A DNA stretch of 64,000 bases, from NCBI RefSeq assembly GCF_963921235.1, contig NC_086097.1:63862001-63926000 (forward strand). Reading direction: 5' to 3'. The stretch is from Mobula hypostoma. Its lineage: Eukaryota. The position numbers were made by a program, and so were the translations under genes. How positions within the stretch are numbered: the stretch's first letter is position 1; every line of letters starts with the position of its first letter. The notes under the pieces were generated by a model. It was not told the origin of the DNA. It made no database searches and saw only the letters and a list, made by a program, of their open reading frames with translations. Of the stretch, positions 1 to 11,593 are shown in pieces.

Positions 1-85
1 GGTGAGATTTATTCCAGTGAAATCAAATGATACTGCAGATCTATCCATGCGCTAAAATATTCACATTAAAACCCTTTTCTCTCAG

Positions 86-152
86 TCTCTGACAGATTGC
101 CTTCTAAAGATGAAATTGTGGAATGTAGCTGAAGAGGATAATCTTGCAGAAG
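86..152 (+). CDS. MIA2: MIA2/cTAGE5 coding exon (SLTDCLLKMKLWNVAEEDNLAE)
   Basis: ctcag acceptor and gtaata donor, phase 0 to 1. Peptide resembles human cTAGE5 'LTERLLKMKDW'. The window itself begins at a g|gtgag donor. Confidence 0.85.
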
Positions 153-554
153 GTAATAACTTAGATAAATTAAACGTAAAAACTAAACAAGAAGCATTAA
201 AGAAGTGAATCAATGTCTTATGATTTAAAAAAAAAATGTTTTTGAACTTTTTTACTCAGACCTCACCAGAGTAGCTTTGGTGAATGTTTGGTAATGTAAA
301 TAAGGTATAGCAGGTGATCAGATCCTGGGCATAATTCTAGATCTGTGCATCACAGAATCAGGTTTGTAGAGTATGTCCAGCAGCCCATTAAGGAAGGAAA
401 AAGAAGCACACATGCTGGAGGTGCATATTTCTTGTGGAATCATTTGCGTGCAGAATAATATTTAATTTAAATCGAGAGGTTGATGGACATTCTGAAATTA
501 ACAGATACACATACTCGTTCCATAATACTTACTGCAAGCAGCATTTAGTCAGTA

Positions 555-1737
555 CGTGCCAATGTCCTGAAAGGTGAGTTTAGGGAGTTAGGCGCCAAGT
601 TAAAGGACAGGACCTCCAGGATAGCAATCTCAGGATTGCTATCAGTGCCACATGCAGGCGAGTTTAGAAATAGTGAGATAAAGCAGATCAACACGTGGCT
701 GAAGACATGGTGCAGGAGGGAGGGCTTCAGATTTATAGATAATTGAGCAGTTTTCCAAGGAAGGTGGGACCTGTTCTGGCGGGATGGTTTACATCTGAAC
801 TGGAGGGGGACAAATATTCTTGCAGGTAGGTTTGCTAGAGAGGCTCCAGTGGATTTAAACTAGATACAAGGGGGGATGGGAACCAGAGTGTAGGAACAGA
901 TGTAGGGGAGAAGGAAGAAAAAGAAGATAGTAAAGTTGTTTGCACTGTTAGTGATATACAGAGAGTAGGAGGTGGAGAATTTCTTAAATGCATCCATTTT
1001 AATGCTAGGAGCATTTTAAGAAAGGTGGATGAGCTTAGAGCATGGATTGATACCTGTACATATGATGTTGTAGCTATTAGTGAAACATGGTTGCAGGAGG
1101 GCTGTGATTGGCAACTAAATATTCCTGGATTTCGTTGCTTCAGGTGTGATAGAATCGGAGGGATAAGAGGGGGGAGGTGTTGCATTGCTTGTCAGAGAAA
1201 ATATTACAGCAGTGCTCTGGCAGGATAGATTAGAATGCTCGTCTAGGGAGGCTATTTGGGTGGAATTGAGGAATGGGAAAGGTGTAGTAACACGTATAGG
1301 GGTGTATTATAGACCACCTAATGGGGAGTGAGAATTGGAGGAGCAAATCTGTAAGGAGATAGCAGATATTTGTAGTAAGCACAAGGTTGTGATTGTGGGA
1401 AATTTTAATTTTCCCCACATAGACTGGGAAGCCCATACTGTAAAAGGCTGGATGGTTTGGAGTTTGTATAATGTGTGCAGGATAGTTTTTTGTAGCAATA
1501 CATAGAGGTACCAACTAGAGAAGGGGCAGTGTTGGATCTCCTGTTGGGGAATGAGATAGGTCAGGTGACGGAAGTATGTGTTGGGGAGCACAAGCACAAA
1601 TGCTCAACGCGCATTGGCCACTTGTGTAGGTTACGGTGTCCATTTGACGCACAAATATAAATCAGCCTTAAGCGTTCGGCACGGACTAGAAGGGCCGAGA
1701 TGGCCTTTTTCTGTGCTGTAATTGTTATATGGTTATG
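555..1737 (+). mobile_element. CR1 LINE fragment: ORF1 esterase end, start of ORF2 endonuclease, joined to a CR1-type 3' tail
   Basis: DGLHLN...TNILAGR, then NARS...DVVAISETWL and YRPP; tail gaagggcc...ctgtgctgtaa. Boundaries approximate. Confidence 0.8.
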
Positions 1738-2602
1738 ATACCCAACTTGAGTATTTATATTGATTTGTTTTTCAATTATTAGAAAAATATTGGTTACATC
1801 ATGAAAAGTACTTTCTGATCTTTAATGCTTGTTGATCCATTAATGAAGCTTTAATTTATCATCTTTCTTCCAAAGGAATGTCAGTCTGGATTATCAGCTC
1901 TAACCTTTCAGCCCTGTGTTTTAGTTTTTACAATTCTGGGGCACTATAATGTAGATACTATGCCAAGTCTTTGCAGATGATCATCTCAGTACAAGTATTT
2001 CATATATCATATAACAGTCTGTTTTTTTATTTGAGGAAATGGACATTTCAAAAGTATTCAAAACAACTGAATAGTTATGCCTTGCACAATTTTTAGAATT
2101 ACAGTTACCACTTCACTAGCTTATTTACCTTCTGCTTTGTTGGATGGGACAACATGCTGCTAAGTGGTAGATAGGTAAACTAGTGCTTATAATATTTTTA
2201 AAAATCGAGAAAACAAGTTGTTTCTCTAATAATTTCACAATGCTCTCAAATTTCTTCCTGCTTGGGTCCTGTGTAGATTTCATTACCATAGTGATGTCCT
2301 TCAAAAGTAGTTACTTGATTGTAGTGTGCTTTGAGACATCTTGAGATAGACGAGAGATTTTGAGGGTAACATCTTAAGATGAGAAATAACTTTTTGAATA
2401 CTATCCTGAGTTATAATTAGAAAAATGTGGAAAATGTAATTCTTGTGAAGTTAGTGCTTACTTATACCTTCCACCTATGCTTTTTATATTATGACTGTAC
2501 ATTATTTTCAAGAAGCTTAGTGTTGATCTCCATTTTTCTTAAATATTCTAAGTTTTAGAGTCTGAGGAAGCTTGTCTAAAAGTTTTGTTTTTAATATATC
2601 AG

Positions 2603-2658
2603 AAATATCAGAAGAACAACAGAAGCAAAAAATTGAAAAATTGATCAATGTTGCGAAG
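2603..2658 (+). CDS. MIA2: MIA2 coding exon (EISEEQQKQKIEKLINVAK)
   Basis: tatcag acceptor (an alternative in-frame one lies 9 nt downstream) and gtatgt donor, phase 1 to 0. Resembles 'LKKLIHAAK'. Confidence 0.8.
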
Positions 2659-3067
2659 GTATGTCACATGGTGTAGTTTACTAGCATTATGTCTATGCCC
2701 TAGCATTTGCTTTCTTAGTTTATAAAAAGAAAATTTGGGGCATTTTTTAAAGTTCTGTTTAATGGTGCTTGTATTGCATGAAGTGACTGAGCTGTTATTA
2801 TTGACAGTACTTGAAAATTATTCTAATTATTTTGTTCCTCATCAGTGCCAAATATGTATTAACTGGGGGAAAAGAAATCTTCAGCATGACTGGGCACTTT
2901 TATTTCCCTTTTACTTCACATAGAGTAGTTTGCACCCCTGCCCCTCCCTAGTTCTTCACAGACAGAAGTGAAGCTGAGCCAAAGGAGATGTGAAATTATA
3001 GAAGATATAGTTTCATGCAGTGAAACATGTTCAGTGCTTTGTGAATGGTTTTAAATCGGGTTATTGA

Positions 3068-3277
3068 GCACACAGCGAATGCTGGAGAGATATAGAAATC
3101 CATGCAGCATTTATGGAGAGGAATAAATAGTTGATGTTTCAGGCCAAGACCCTTCAGTGTTTCTTGGTCTGAAATGTTGAATGCTTATTCCCCTCCATAG
3201 ATGTTGGCTGATATGCTGAGTTCCTCCAGCATTTTGTGTGTGTTGCTCAAGATTTCCGGCAGAACCTCTTGAGTTTC
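3068..3277. mobile_element. Degraded palindromic Penelope-derived mini-element
   Basis: Same inverted arms, with tttcaggccaaga / tcttggtctgaaa hammerhead remnants. Confidence 0.65.
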
Positions 3278-4707
3278 TGAAGTCAGGAACCTAATAGAAA
3301 TTGTGATTTTTGTAGTCATTTGATATATGTCCCTTAAAACCAGTAGACAGGTACGAACATTTTTCAAAAGGCTAACAGAAAGGAACCGTTATCTAAATGA
3401 AAATGGAATACAGATGGGATAGTGGACCTTTGTTATACATTTGTGAAGATCTTGTTTGATTACATTTGTTGTAATATGTTTAATTCTGGACAGCTGATCT
3501 CAAAGTAGTCATTGGCCTTGGAGATGAGCCCACATTTACTGCTCATCCCTGTCCAAGCTTGTGTTGTATTTTGTATCTGCATAGACATCTTCCCAGGGTC
3601 TTGGACATGGCAAAGATATCTTTACCTTGCAGTCATGTAGAGATTGTTACTAGTTCAATTGCTGGCAATGAATTGCTGGTCATATTTCTACGTCACACTG
3701 CGGTGTAACTTGGAGATCATGTTGCCATATGCTTGCTCCTTTAGACTTTTTAAGTATAGAGTTTGTGGGGTTAGGAGATACCAAATGAATTAGTAAAAAT
3801 ACTCTAATGCTGATGGATGGGACACATGTTGTTCTGGCTTTGAAAAGGAAAGCTTAATTAAGGTGTGGACAGAGTGCCTATGCAGATTGCTTTGTTTTGA
3901 ATGATGTCAAGGTTGAGATTGTTCTTGCAGTTCTATTGGAGTAGGCTAATGCAATGTATACAATCACACTTACAACTTTTAGGTATCAAGAAGGCATTGC
4001 TTGTAAGGAAGTGACTGGCCTTTCCTAGTATGACCAGCCTTTAACCTATTCTTGCAGTTACAACATTTTTCCATGATTTATTGCGATCACTAGTGCTATT
4101 GGTGGGATTTCAACTAAAATAATGTCATGTCAGTTGCAGGTGATTAACTTAGTCATGGAATAGGTCATAACCTATTAAACTGTACAAATGGTTCTCACCG
4201 CATCTCAAAGCATTTTGCACGTAGCCACAGTCTATTTCATTATTTGACGAAGCAATGGGTAGTCTGGATGGAGTCATGACCTATCAACTGTCCATTTCTC
4301 TGTAGAGATGCTGTCTGACCTGCTGAGTTCAGCCAGCTGTTTTTTTGCTCCAAATCCCAGCACCTGTAGTCTCATATGTTTTCATTATTTGCAGAGTTGC
4401 GAATGGAATTGTACACTGTTAAATGTTAGCATTTGAATGTATTGTGGATAGGAGTGAAAGGAGCCAGGAAACTCTTCTAATGAACCCACGTAGCAGTATC
4501 CTGGAATTAAGATATTGGTCTCAATGATCTTTGCAGTGAAACTTTCCCTTGATCCTCATTGATAACAATTTAATTAGCCTCCTTAGTGTTGAGTTGTTGT
4601 CTTGTTGACATCAGCTTGTACTGCAATTCAGTTTGTTTTTTTTCTGCATCAGGGCTGAGATCTGGTGGAACTGGGTGAGCTGAATGTTAATGAATAAGTT
4701 ATTTGTA

Positions 4708-5344
4708 TGTAACGTTCCGTTATATTGGCTCATATATGTCATGGGGAATTCCCACCCAGCACCTGCCTTAACACTCCCCACAGGGTCGGTCGCCGCCCGC
4801 ATCAATCCCAAACATCAATCATCAGCCAGCACACCCAGTAAATTTTAACAAGTACACTTTATAGATATTACTAATTCTATGACATTAATACAAATTCGAT
4901 ACAGAAAGGAAAGTAATGGAAAAAAAAAGGTGCCAACATTTATCAAAGTCCAAGTTCTTCGCGCGCTACCGTTGGAGCTCAATCGATTCCAGACGACCAC
5001 CCGAATCCTGTCGACTCACAGCCCGGGACCACCCGGAGTGATCAACTGGAGCCTTTCCGCACGTCCGCCGTCCTCCCCGTCTCTCCTCTGTCTCCCCGCC
5101 AAAAACCCCGTCCACCATCCTCCTTGCCTCTCCTCCGACTCCCCGCCAAAAACCCCATCCACAGTCCTATGATACAGCATGGTACCCAAAAACAAAACGA
5201 TACATGAACACCCATTGGCTAATAGCATCCTGCTATCTATAATAACCCAAGCAACTGTCTAGTTAGAGACTGTCTCAGCATTCCCCAGTATAACATAACA
5301 AAAGAAGCCATTTTAAATTTAACAAAAAAGAAAGACCCCGTACA
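4708..5344 (-). repeat. 3' LTR (637 bp)
   Basis: TGTAAC...CCCGTACA, homologous to 12976-13962, next to the polypurine tract. Confidence 0.93.
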
Positions 5345-5360
5345 CTCTCCCCCCACCAAT
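5345..5360 (-). other. Polypurine tract
   Basis: G/A-rich tract on - (ctctcccccc on +) directly abutting the 3' LTR. Confidence 0.8.
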
Positions 5361-5679
5361 AAAAGTCATGCCCTCATGACATTAGCAGAGTTCACCAGTG
5401 CTCCTTGTAAAACACAAAACCCAACCCAGGTGCATAAAGCAGTGACATAACTTTCCAGGGCAGTAGAGATCACACCCTGCTCTCCCGGCGCTGTATAAGT
5501 TAGTCTCTCCGGGGCGATGCCTACTCCTCTGAGGCCTCTGTACTTCCTCTGCTGACTCTACCTGTTCAGACACCCCAGGTGACCCCCCCCCCCCCGGGCC
5601 TATCTATCAGACCCTCCCCCTCACCGGGACCCCTCTGCCCCTGTGAGCCCTCTGCCTCAGGTTCTGGCTCCACCCTCTC

Positions 5680-5810
5680 CTCCCCCAATCCCGGCTGTAA
5701 TACAGGCGGCTCTGCAACACCCTCCCCCAATCCCGGCTGTAATACAGGCGGCTCGGCAACACCCTCCCCCAATCCCGGCTGTAATACAGGCGGCTCTGCA
5801 ACACCCTCCC
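5680..5810. repeat. 42-bp tandem repeat x3 (encodes GEGVAEPPVLQPGL on -)
   Basis: Unit ctcccccaatcccggctgtaatacaggcggctctgcaacacc starts at 5680, 5722 and 5764. Confidence 0.9.
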
Positions 5811-5819
5811 TCGGTTCCC

Positions 5820-7352
5820 CTAACTCAGTGATGGAAGGGCCAGGAGTCTCTTCTCCCGGCACCAGGGAATCAGCGAACGGAAACAGGTACCACACGTCTG
5901 AATCATCATCTTCCAATGACGTATCCCTTCTCGAGGTGGGGACTGGCCCCGTCTTCTTTGCAGCGGGCTCTTCCCGCGCCCTCGCAGAGTCCTCGTACTA
6001 GGCGTAAACTCCCATTCGGGCTCTGGGTCTACCTTCACTTCTCGACCCAGAGGCAACAGGTGGTTCTGATGGAGTACCTTGACAGGCCCCTTCCTGTCCT
6101 CGGGTCTCACCCGGTAAACAGGGAGGTTTGGCATCTGACTCTCCCCACCATAGGGGGTGGCTGCCCAACGGTCCGCCAACTTGTGCTTTCCCTGTAGTCC
6201 TAAATTCCGGATAAGGACTCGGTCTCCTGGCAATAGCTGGACGAACTTTACCTTCTGATCATACCTCCTTTTATTCCGCTGGTTCTGCTTGGTGGCTGCC
6301 GCCTCAGCCAACTCGTACGCCCTTTTCAACTCTCTCCTCATATCGGACATGTACTTCAGACATGGCTTCCAAGGTATTTCCCCTGCTTCAGTCCCAAAAC
6401 ACAGATCAATGGGCAATCTCGCTTCCCGTCTGAACGTCACGTAGTAGGGCGAGTACCCTGTAGCATCATTGCGAGTACAATTGTAACAATGAACCAAATG
6501 GGCAATGTGCCGATTCCACTTACTCTTCTGTCCAATCTCCAAAGTGCCGAGCATGTCCAGCAGGGTCCGGTTAAACCCCTCGGGCTGAGGATCACCCTGC
6601 GGGTGATAGGGGGTGGTTCTGGATTTCTCAACCCCAAGCATATCCAGTAATTCATGGATAAGCCTGCTCTCGAAGTCCCGTCCCTGACCACTATGGATCT
6701 GCCGGGGAAGGCCATAATGAACAAAGTACTTCTCCCATAACACCTTCGCCACTGTAGTCGCTTTCTGATCCTTAGTAGGAAAAGCCTGCGCATATCTAGT
6801 GTAGTGATCCGTGAGGACCAAGACATTCGCAGTATTGCTGGTGTCTGGCTCAATAGACAGGAAATCCATACACACCAGGTCCATGGGTCCCGCACTCTGC
6901 AAGTGGGATAACGGGGCCGCCTACGCAGGCAGGGTCTTCCTCCTGATGCAACGGCTACAGGTCTTACAGTATTCTTCCACCTCCCCCCTCATCCGGGGCC
7001 AGTAAAACCGATCCTTGACTAATCCATAAGTCTTCTCTACCCCTAAGTGCCCGGAATCATCATGTAGAGCCTGGAGCACAGTCTTCCGATACTTCTCAGG
7101 CATGACCAGCTGCCAGCGCCGGGGGTGGTCCAGAGGCGACGTGACCCGATACAGGACGTGGTTCTTCAGCTTCAACCGGGGCCACTCCTTCAGTAGTAGG
7201 GGAACGGAGGCATGTTTCGCCTTCTCCACCTGCCCCATATCACCCCGGCTAACCGCGTACCAGATAGTGCCAATGCTCGGGTCATCACGCTGAGCCGCCG
7301 CCACTTCCTGGGGACTCAACTCCGGCAGCTGCCTGTTCCTCAGAGCAGTCAC
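5820..7352 (-). pseudogene. Gypsy integrase (HHCC zinc finger and rve core), interrupted
   Basis: LHDDSGHLG...CKTC; MDFLSI...DHYTRYA...TTPYHPQGDPQPE. In-frame stop at 6921 and a D-to-G change in IHSGQG. Confidence 0.9.
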
Positions 7353-7498
7353 ATTACAGTAAACAGTGGGTAGCGCGTCATCGTCAGCCCCCCAATTGAT
7401 CTACTGCCCGATCCGTTCCCATCTGTGCTCCTACTTCCCCGTCACTCCCAACTTGACACATGGCCTTTACTCCCAGGGCAGGGACACTCTTCCACTCC

Positions 7499-8826
7499 TC
7501 AGCCATGCCCGACTCGTCGTGCGCCCGACAAGACAGGGCATCTGTTCCAACTCCCTGGGCGGTACTTCAGGCTGAACTCATAGGCAGACAAGGCTGCTAA
7601 CCACCGGTGCCCAGTAGCGTCCAGCTTTGCCGAGGTCAGGATATAAGTGAGGGGGTTGTCAGTTCTCACCTTAAACTGGGCCCCGTATAGGTAGTCACTC
7701 AACTTGTCCACCACCGCCCATTTCAACGCCAAGAACTCCAGCTTGTGAGTGGGATAGTTTCTCTCAGATGGCGACAAGCTCCGACTGACAAACACTACCG
7801 GCCTCAATCCGTTGCTCTGTTCCTGGTACAGGACAGCCCCCAGACCCTCGTGACTGGCATCAGTGTTTTCCGGGGATCAGCAAAAGCCAACACCAGGGCC
7901 TGTGTCAGCGCCCTTTTCAGAGATTGGAACGCCTCCTCACATTGAGCATCCCACCTCAATCCAAAAGGCTCCCCCGGGTTCAGGTATCCTCCTACCTCCG
8001 GCCCTCGGTCTCCCTTCCTCTTCCTCCCCACAGGTGGATAACCACACAACAGCTGGTTCAACGGATGACTCATTTTCGCATATCCTTTCACGAATCGCCG
8101 GTAATATCCGCAAAACCCCAAAAATGAGCGTAAGGCACTCACCTTCTGAGGTCTCGGCCAGGTGGTTACTGCGGCTATCTTACCCGGATCAGTGGCCACT
8201 CCATTTCGCGAGATTATGTGCCCGACATAACTGACCGACGTCTTACAGAACTGACAATTATCCAGGGAAAGTTTTAACCCTTCCTCCTTCAGCCGACTCA
8301 GCACCTTCAGCAGCTGCTCCTCGTGTTCCTCCAACGTAGATCCAAACACTATCAGGTCGTCCAGGTACACCAATACCTCCAGCAGGTTCATATCCCCCAC
8401 TGTCCTCTCCATGAGCTGCTGGAAGGTGGCTGGGGCCCCAGAGATGCCTTGGGGCATTCGTTCAAACTGGAAGAATCCTAGGGGTCAGATAAAGGCCGTC
8501 TTCTCTTTACCGGTCTCACTCATCGGAATCTGGTAATACCCACTCCGCAAATCCAATATGCTAAACCACTGCACCCCACTCAGACAGGCCAATGCATCTT
8601 CCACCCTCGGGACCGTATATTGGTCGGGAACAGTGCGCCGGTTCAGGGTCCTGTAGTCCACGCATATGCATACCTTCCCATTTTTCTTCCTTGCCACCAC
8701 TATGGGGGACGCATAGGGGCTTCGGGACTCCGCGATAATCCCTGCATCCTTCAACTGCCGCACATCTTCCAGATCTGCTGGGGCCAACCGCCGCGACCTC
8801 TCTCTAAACGTGGTGTCATTTGTCAC
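7499..8826 (-). pseudogene. Gypsy reverse transcriptase / RNase H, fragmented
   Basis: CVDYRTLN, LDLRSGYYQI, MPQG, YLDD, FLGFCGYYRRF and YPTHKLEFLALKWAV motifs spread over several frames. Confidence 0.92.
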
Positions 8827-9303
8827 TCAGATAGCGTGCCAAGTGCTCTTGGAACATCCCACATCAAACTCGCCCTGAGAAAAGACACCCCCTAACTTCT
8901 GCATCTTCTCCACCAGCCTGCTCTTATACGCCGGCGGTACAAGGGAGTCTTCAAAACTAAAGGCCTCCTCGGTCAGCCGCCCCCCGTTCTCCAATAGTTT
9001 TCCTCCACTGGGCTTCCCGGGGGCGCTGGACATCACCGTCACCGGGAACAAGTGCGCGAGGGGCATCCTGCGCTTAAAAGTGATCTCCCGCTCCGTTATG
9101 TTCCTTACCATCACCCCCATCCGCCGTGCCTGTACAGCTGAGGGCCTCTGCAATTCAGGTCTCACCAGCGCCCCAGCCGGGAACCGGGACTCCCGTTCCA
9201 GGTCGTCGGGGGCGTCTACCAGCAGGGCCTCTCCCGCCGGTACTCCGGGGAATCTGGGGGTCCCCATCACTAATGCCGCCTCCCCTGGCCGTATCACCTT
9301 AGG

Positions 9304-11007
9304 TCTCAAAGCTCTACGCTTCTTTTTGGATTCCAGACCTAATCAGTTCCCCTCTACCACCACACTGCTCCGTCTAGCAGAATTAGTCCTTACTCTTAAT
9401 AATTTCTCCTTTTGCTCCTCCCATTTCCTCCAAACTAAAGGTGTAGCTATGGGCACCCGTATGGGTCCTAGCTATGCCTGCCTTTTTGTTGGGTTTGTGG
9501 AACAATCTATGTTCCGTGCCTATTCTGGTATCTGTCCCCCACTTTTCCTTCGCTACATCGACGACTGCATTGGCGCTGCTTCCTGCACGCATGCAGAACT
9601 CGTTGACTTTATTAACTTTGCCTCCAACTTTCACCCTGCCCTCAAGTTTACCTGGTCCATTTCCGACACCTCCCTCCCCTTTCTAGATCTTTCTGTCTCT
9701 GTCTCTGGAGACAGCTTATCCACTGATGTCTACTATAAGCCTACTGACTCTCACAGCTATCTGGACTATTCCTCTTCTCACCCTGTCTCTTGCAAAAACG
9801 CCATCCCCTTCTCGCAATTCCTCCGTCTCCGCCGCATCTGCTCTCAGGATGAGGCTTTTCATTCTAGGACGAGGGAGATGTCTTCATTTTTTAAAGAAAG
9901 GGGCTTCCCTCCCTCCACTATCAACTCTGCTCTTAAACGCATCTCCCCCATTTCACGTACATCTGCTCTCACTCCATCCTCCCACCACCCCACTAGGAAT
10001 AGGGTTCCCCTGGTCCTCACCTACCACCCCACCAGCCTCCGGGTCCAACATATTATTCTCCGTAACTTCCGCCACCTCCAACGGGATCCAACCATTAAGC
10101 ACATCTTTCCCTCCCCCCCTCTCTCTGCATTCCGCAGGGATCGCTCCCTACACAACTCCCTTGTCCATTCGTTCCCCCCATCCCTCCCCACTGATCTCCC
10201 TCCTGGCACTTATCCGTGTAAGCGGAACAAGTGCTACACATGCCCTTACACTTCCTCCCTTACCACCATTCAGGGCCCCAAACAGTCCTTCCAGGTGAGG
10301 CATCACTTCACCTGTGAGTCGACTGGGGTGATATACTGCGTCCGGTGCTCCCGATGTGGCCTTTTATATATTGGTGAGACCCGACGCAGACTGGGAGACC
10401 GCTTTGCTGAACATCTACACTCTGTCCACCAGAGAAAGCAGGATCTCCCAGTGGTCACACATTTTAATTCCATATCCCATTCCCATTCTGACATGTCTAT
10501 CCACGGCCTCCTCTACTGTTAGGATGAAGCCACACTCAGGTTGGAGGAACAACACCTTATATTCCGTCTGGGTAGCCTCCAACCTGATGGCATGAACATT
10601 GACTTCTCTAACTTCCGCTAGGCCCCACCTCCCCCTCGTACCCCATCTGTTACTCTTTTTTATGCACACATTCTTTCTCTCTCCTTTTTCTCCCTCTGTC
10701 CCTCTGAGTATACCTCTTGCCCATCCTCTGGGTCACCCCCCCCCCCCGTCTTTCTTCCCGGACCTCCTGTCCCATGATCCTCTCGTATCCCCTTTTGCCT
10801 ATCACCTGCCCAGCTCTCGGCTCTATCCCTCCCCCTCCTGTCTTCTCCTATCATTTTGCATCTCCCCCTCCCCCTCCAGCTTTCAAATCCCTTACTCACT
10901 CTTCCTTCAGTTAGTCCTGACGAAGGGTCTCGGCCTGAAACGTCGACTGCGCCTCTTCCTATAGATGCTGCTTGGCCTGCTGCGTTCACCAGCAACTTTG
11001 ATGTGTG
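9304..11007 (+). mobile_element. 5'-truncated Penelope-like element (RT + GIY-YIG) nested in Gypsy pol
   Basis: GVAMGTRMGPSYA, RYIDD, VIYC...LYIGET. Premature TAG at 10520-10522 and natural stop at 10619-10621. TSD TCACCTTAGG at 9294-9303 and 11008-11017. Confidence 0.93.
10913..10948 (+). ncRNA. Minimal type I hammerhead ribozyme in the Penelope-like 3' end
   Basis: AGTC-CTGACGA-agggtctcggcct-GAAA-CGTC-GACT: conserved core, stem I AGTC/GACT, short stem II and palindromic ACGT stem III. Confidence 0.75.
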
Positions 11008-11098
11008 TCACCTTAGGCCTCGCCTGAGTGCACCACACTGTCCCTCGTTTGCACTCAGGATCCAGCCCCTGGGGGTCACTCACTCCTCCGTACACCGC

Positions 11099-11503
11099 TC
11101 AGAACACTGGGTGTACCGAGAGGGTCTCCAGAAAGTTCTCCCCCGCCGCCTTCTTACAGGCTCCCAAGAGCCGTCGCACCAGAGGGGAGTTAGTCCCCAC
11201 TAGCAGGGCAGCACCAACGGTTTCCACCGGGTCCGGACAGACCAACACCAGCGTCGCAAAGGCTTCCGACACTCCCACATCTCCCTCCGAAAATTCCAGT
11301 CTCACTGACAAGTACCCATCGTACGGGTAATCACCATCACTTATGCCCCAAATCTCCAATGCATTAAAAGGAGTTACTGGCAAATGCTTCAGATATTTGT
11401 TGTAGAACGACCGGTACAGTAAGGTAACCTGCAACCCGGTGTCAAGGAAGGCTTTCGCAAAGATTCCCTCTATCCGTAGGGACACGCTGGAACGAGGTCC
11501 CAC
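11099..11503 (-). pseudogene. Gypsy aspartic protease
   Basis: AFLDTG catalytic motif and LLVGTN. Confidence 0.85.
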
Positions 11504-11593
11504 CAGTCCATCCGGAATTTGGGCTTGAACTTTCAGGGGGTTCCATAGCTGTTTTCTGGGAACGTGTTCCTCCCGAGACTCCAGTCCGTTCCC

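Noticed and set aside
9080..10522. 480-aa ORF as a single novel RT-endonuclease gene
   Set aside because: Chimeric: the first ~75 codons are antisense Gypsy pol read into the nested Penelope ORF, and the end is a premature stop.
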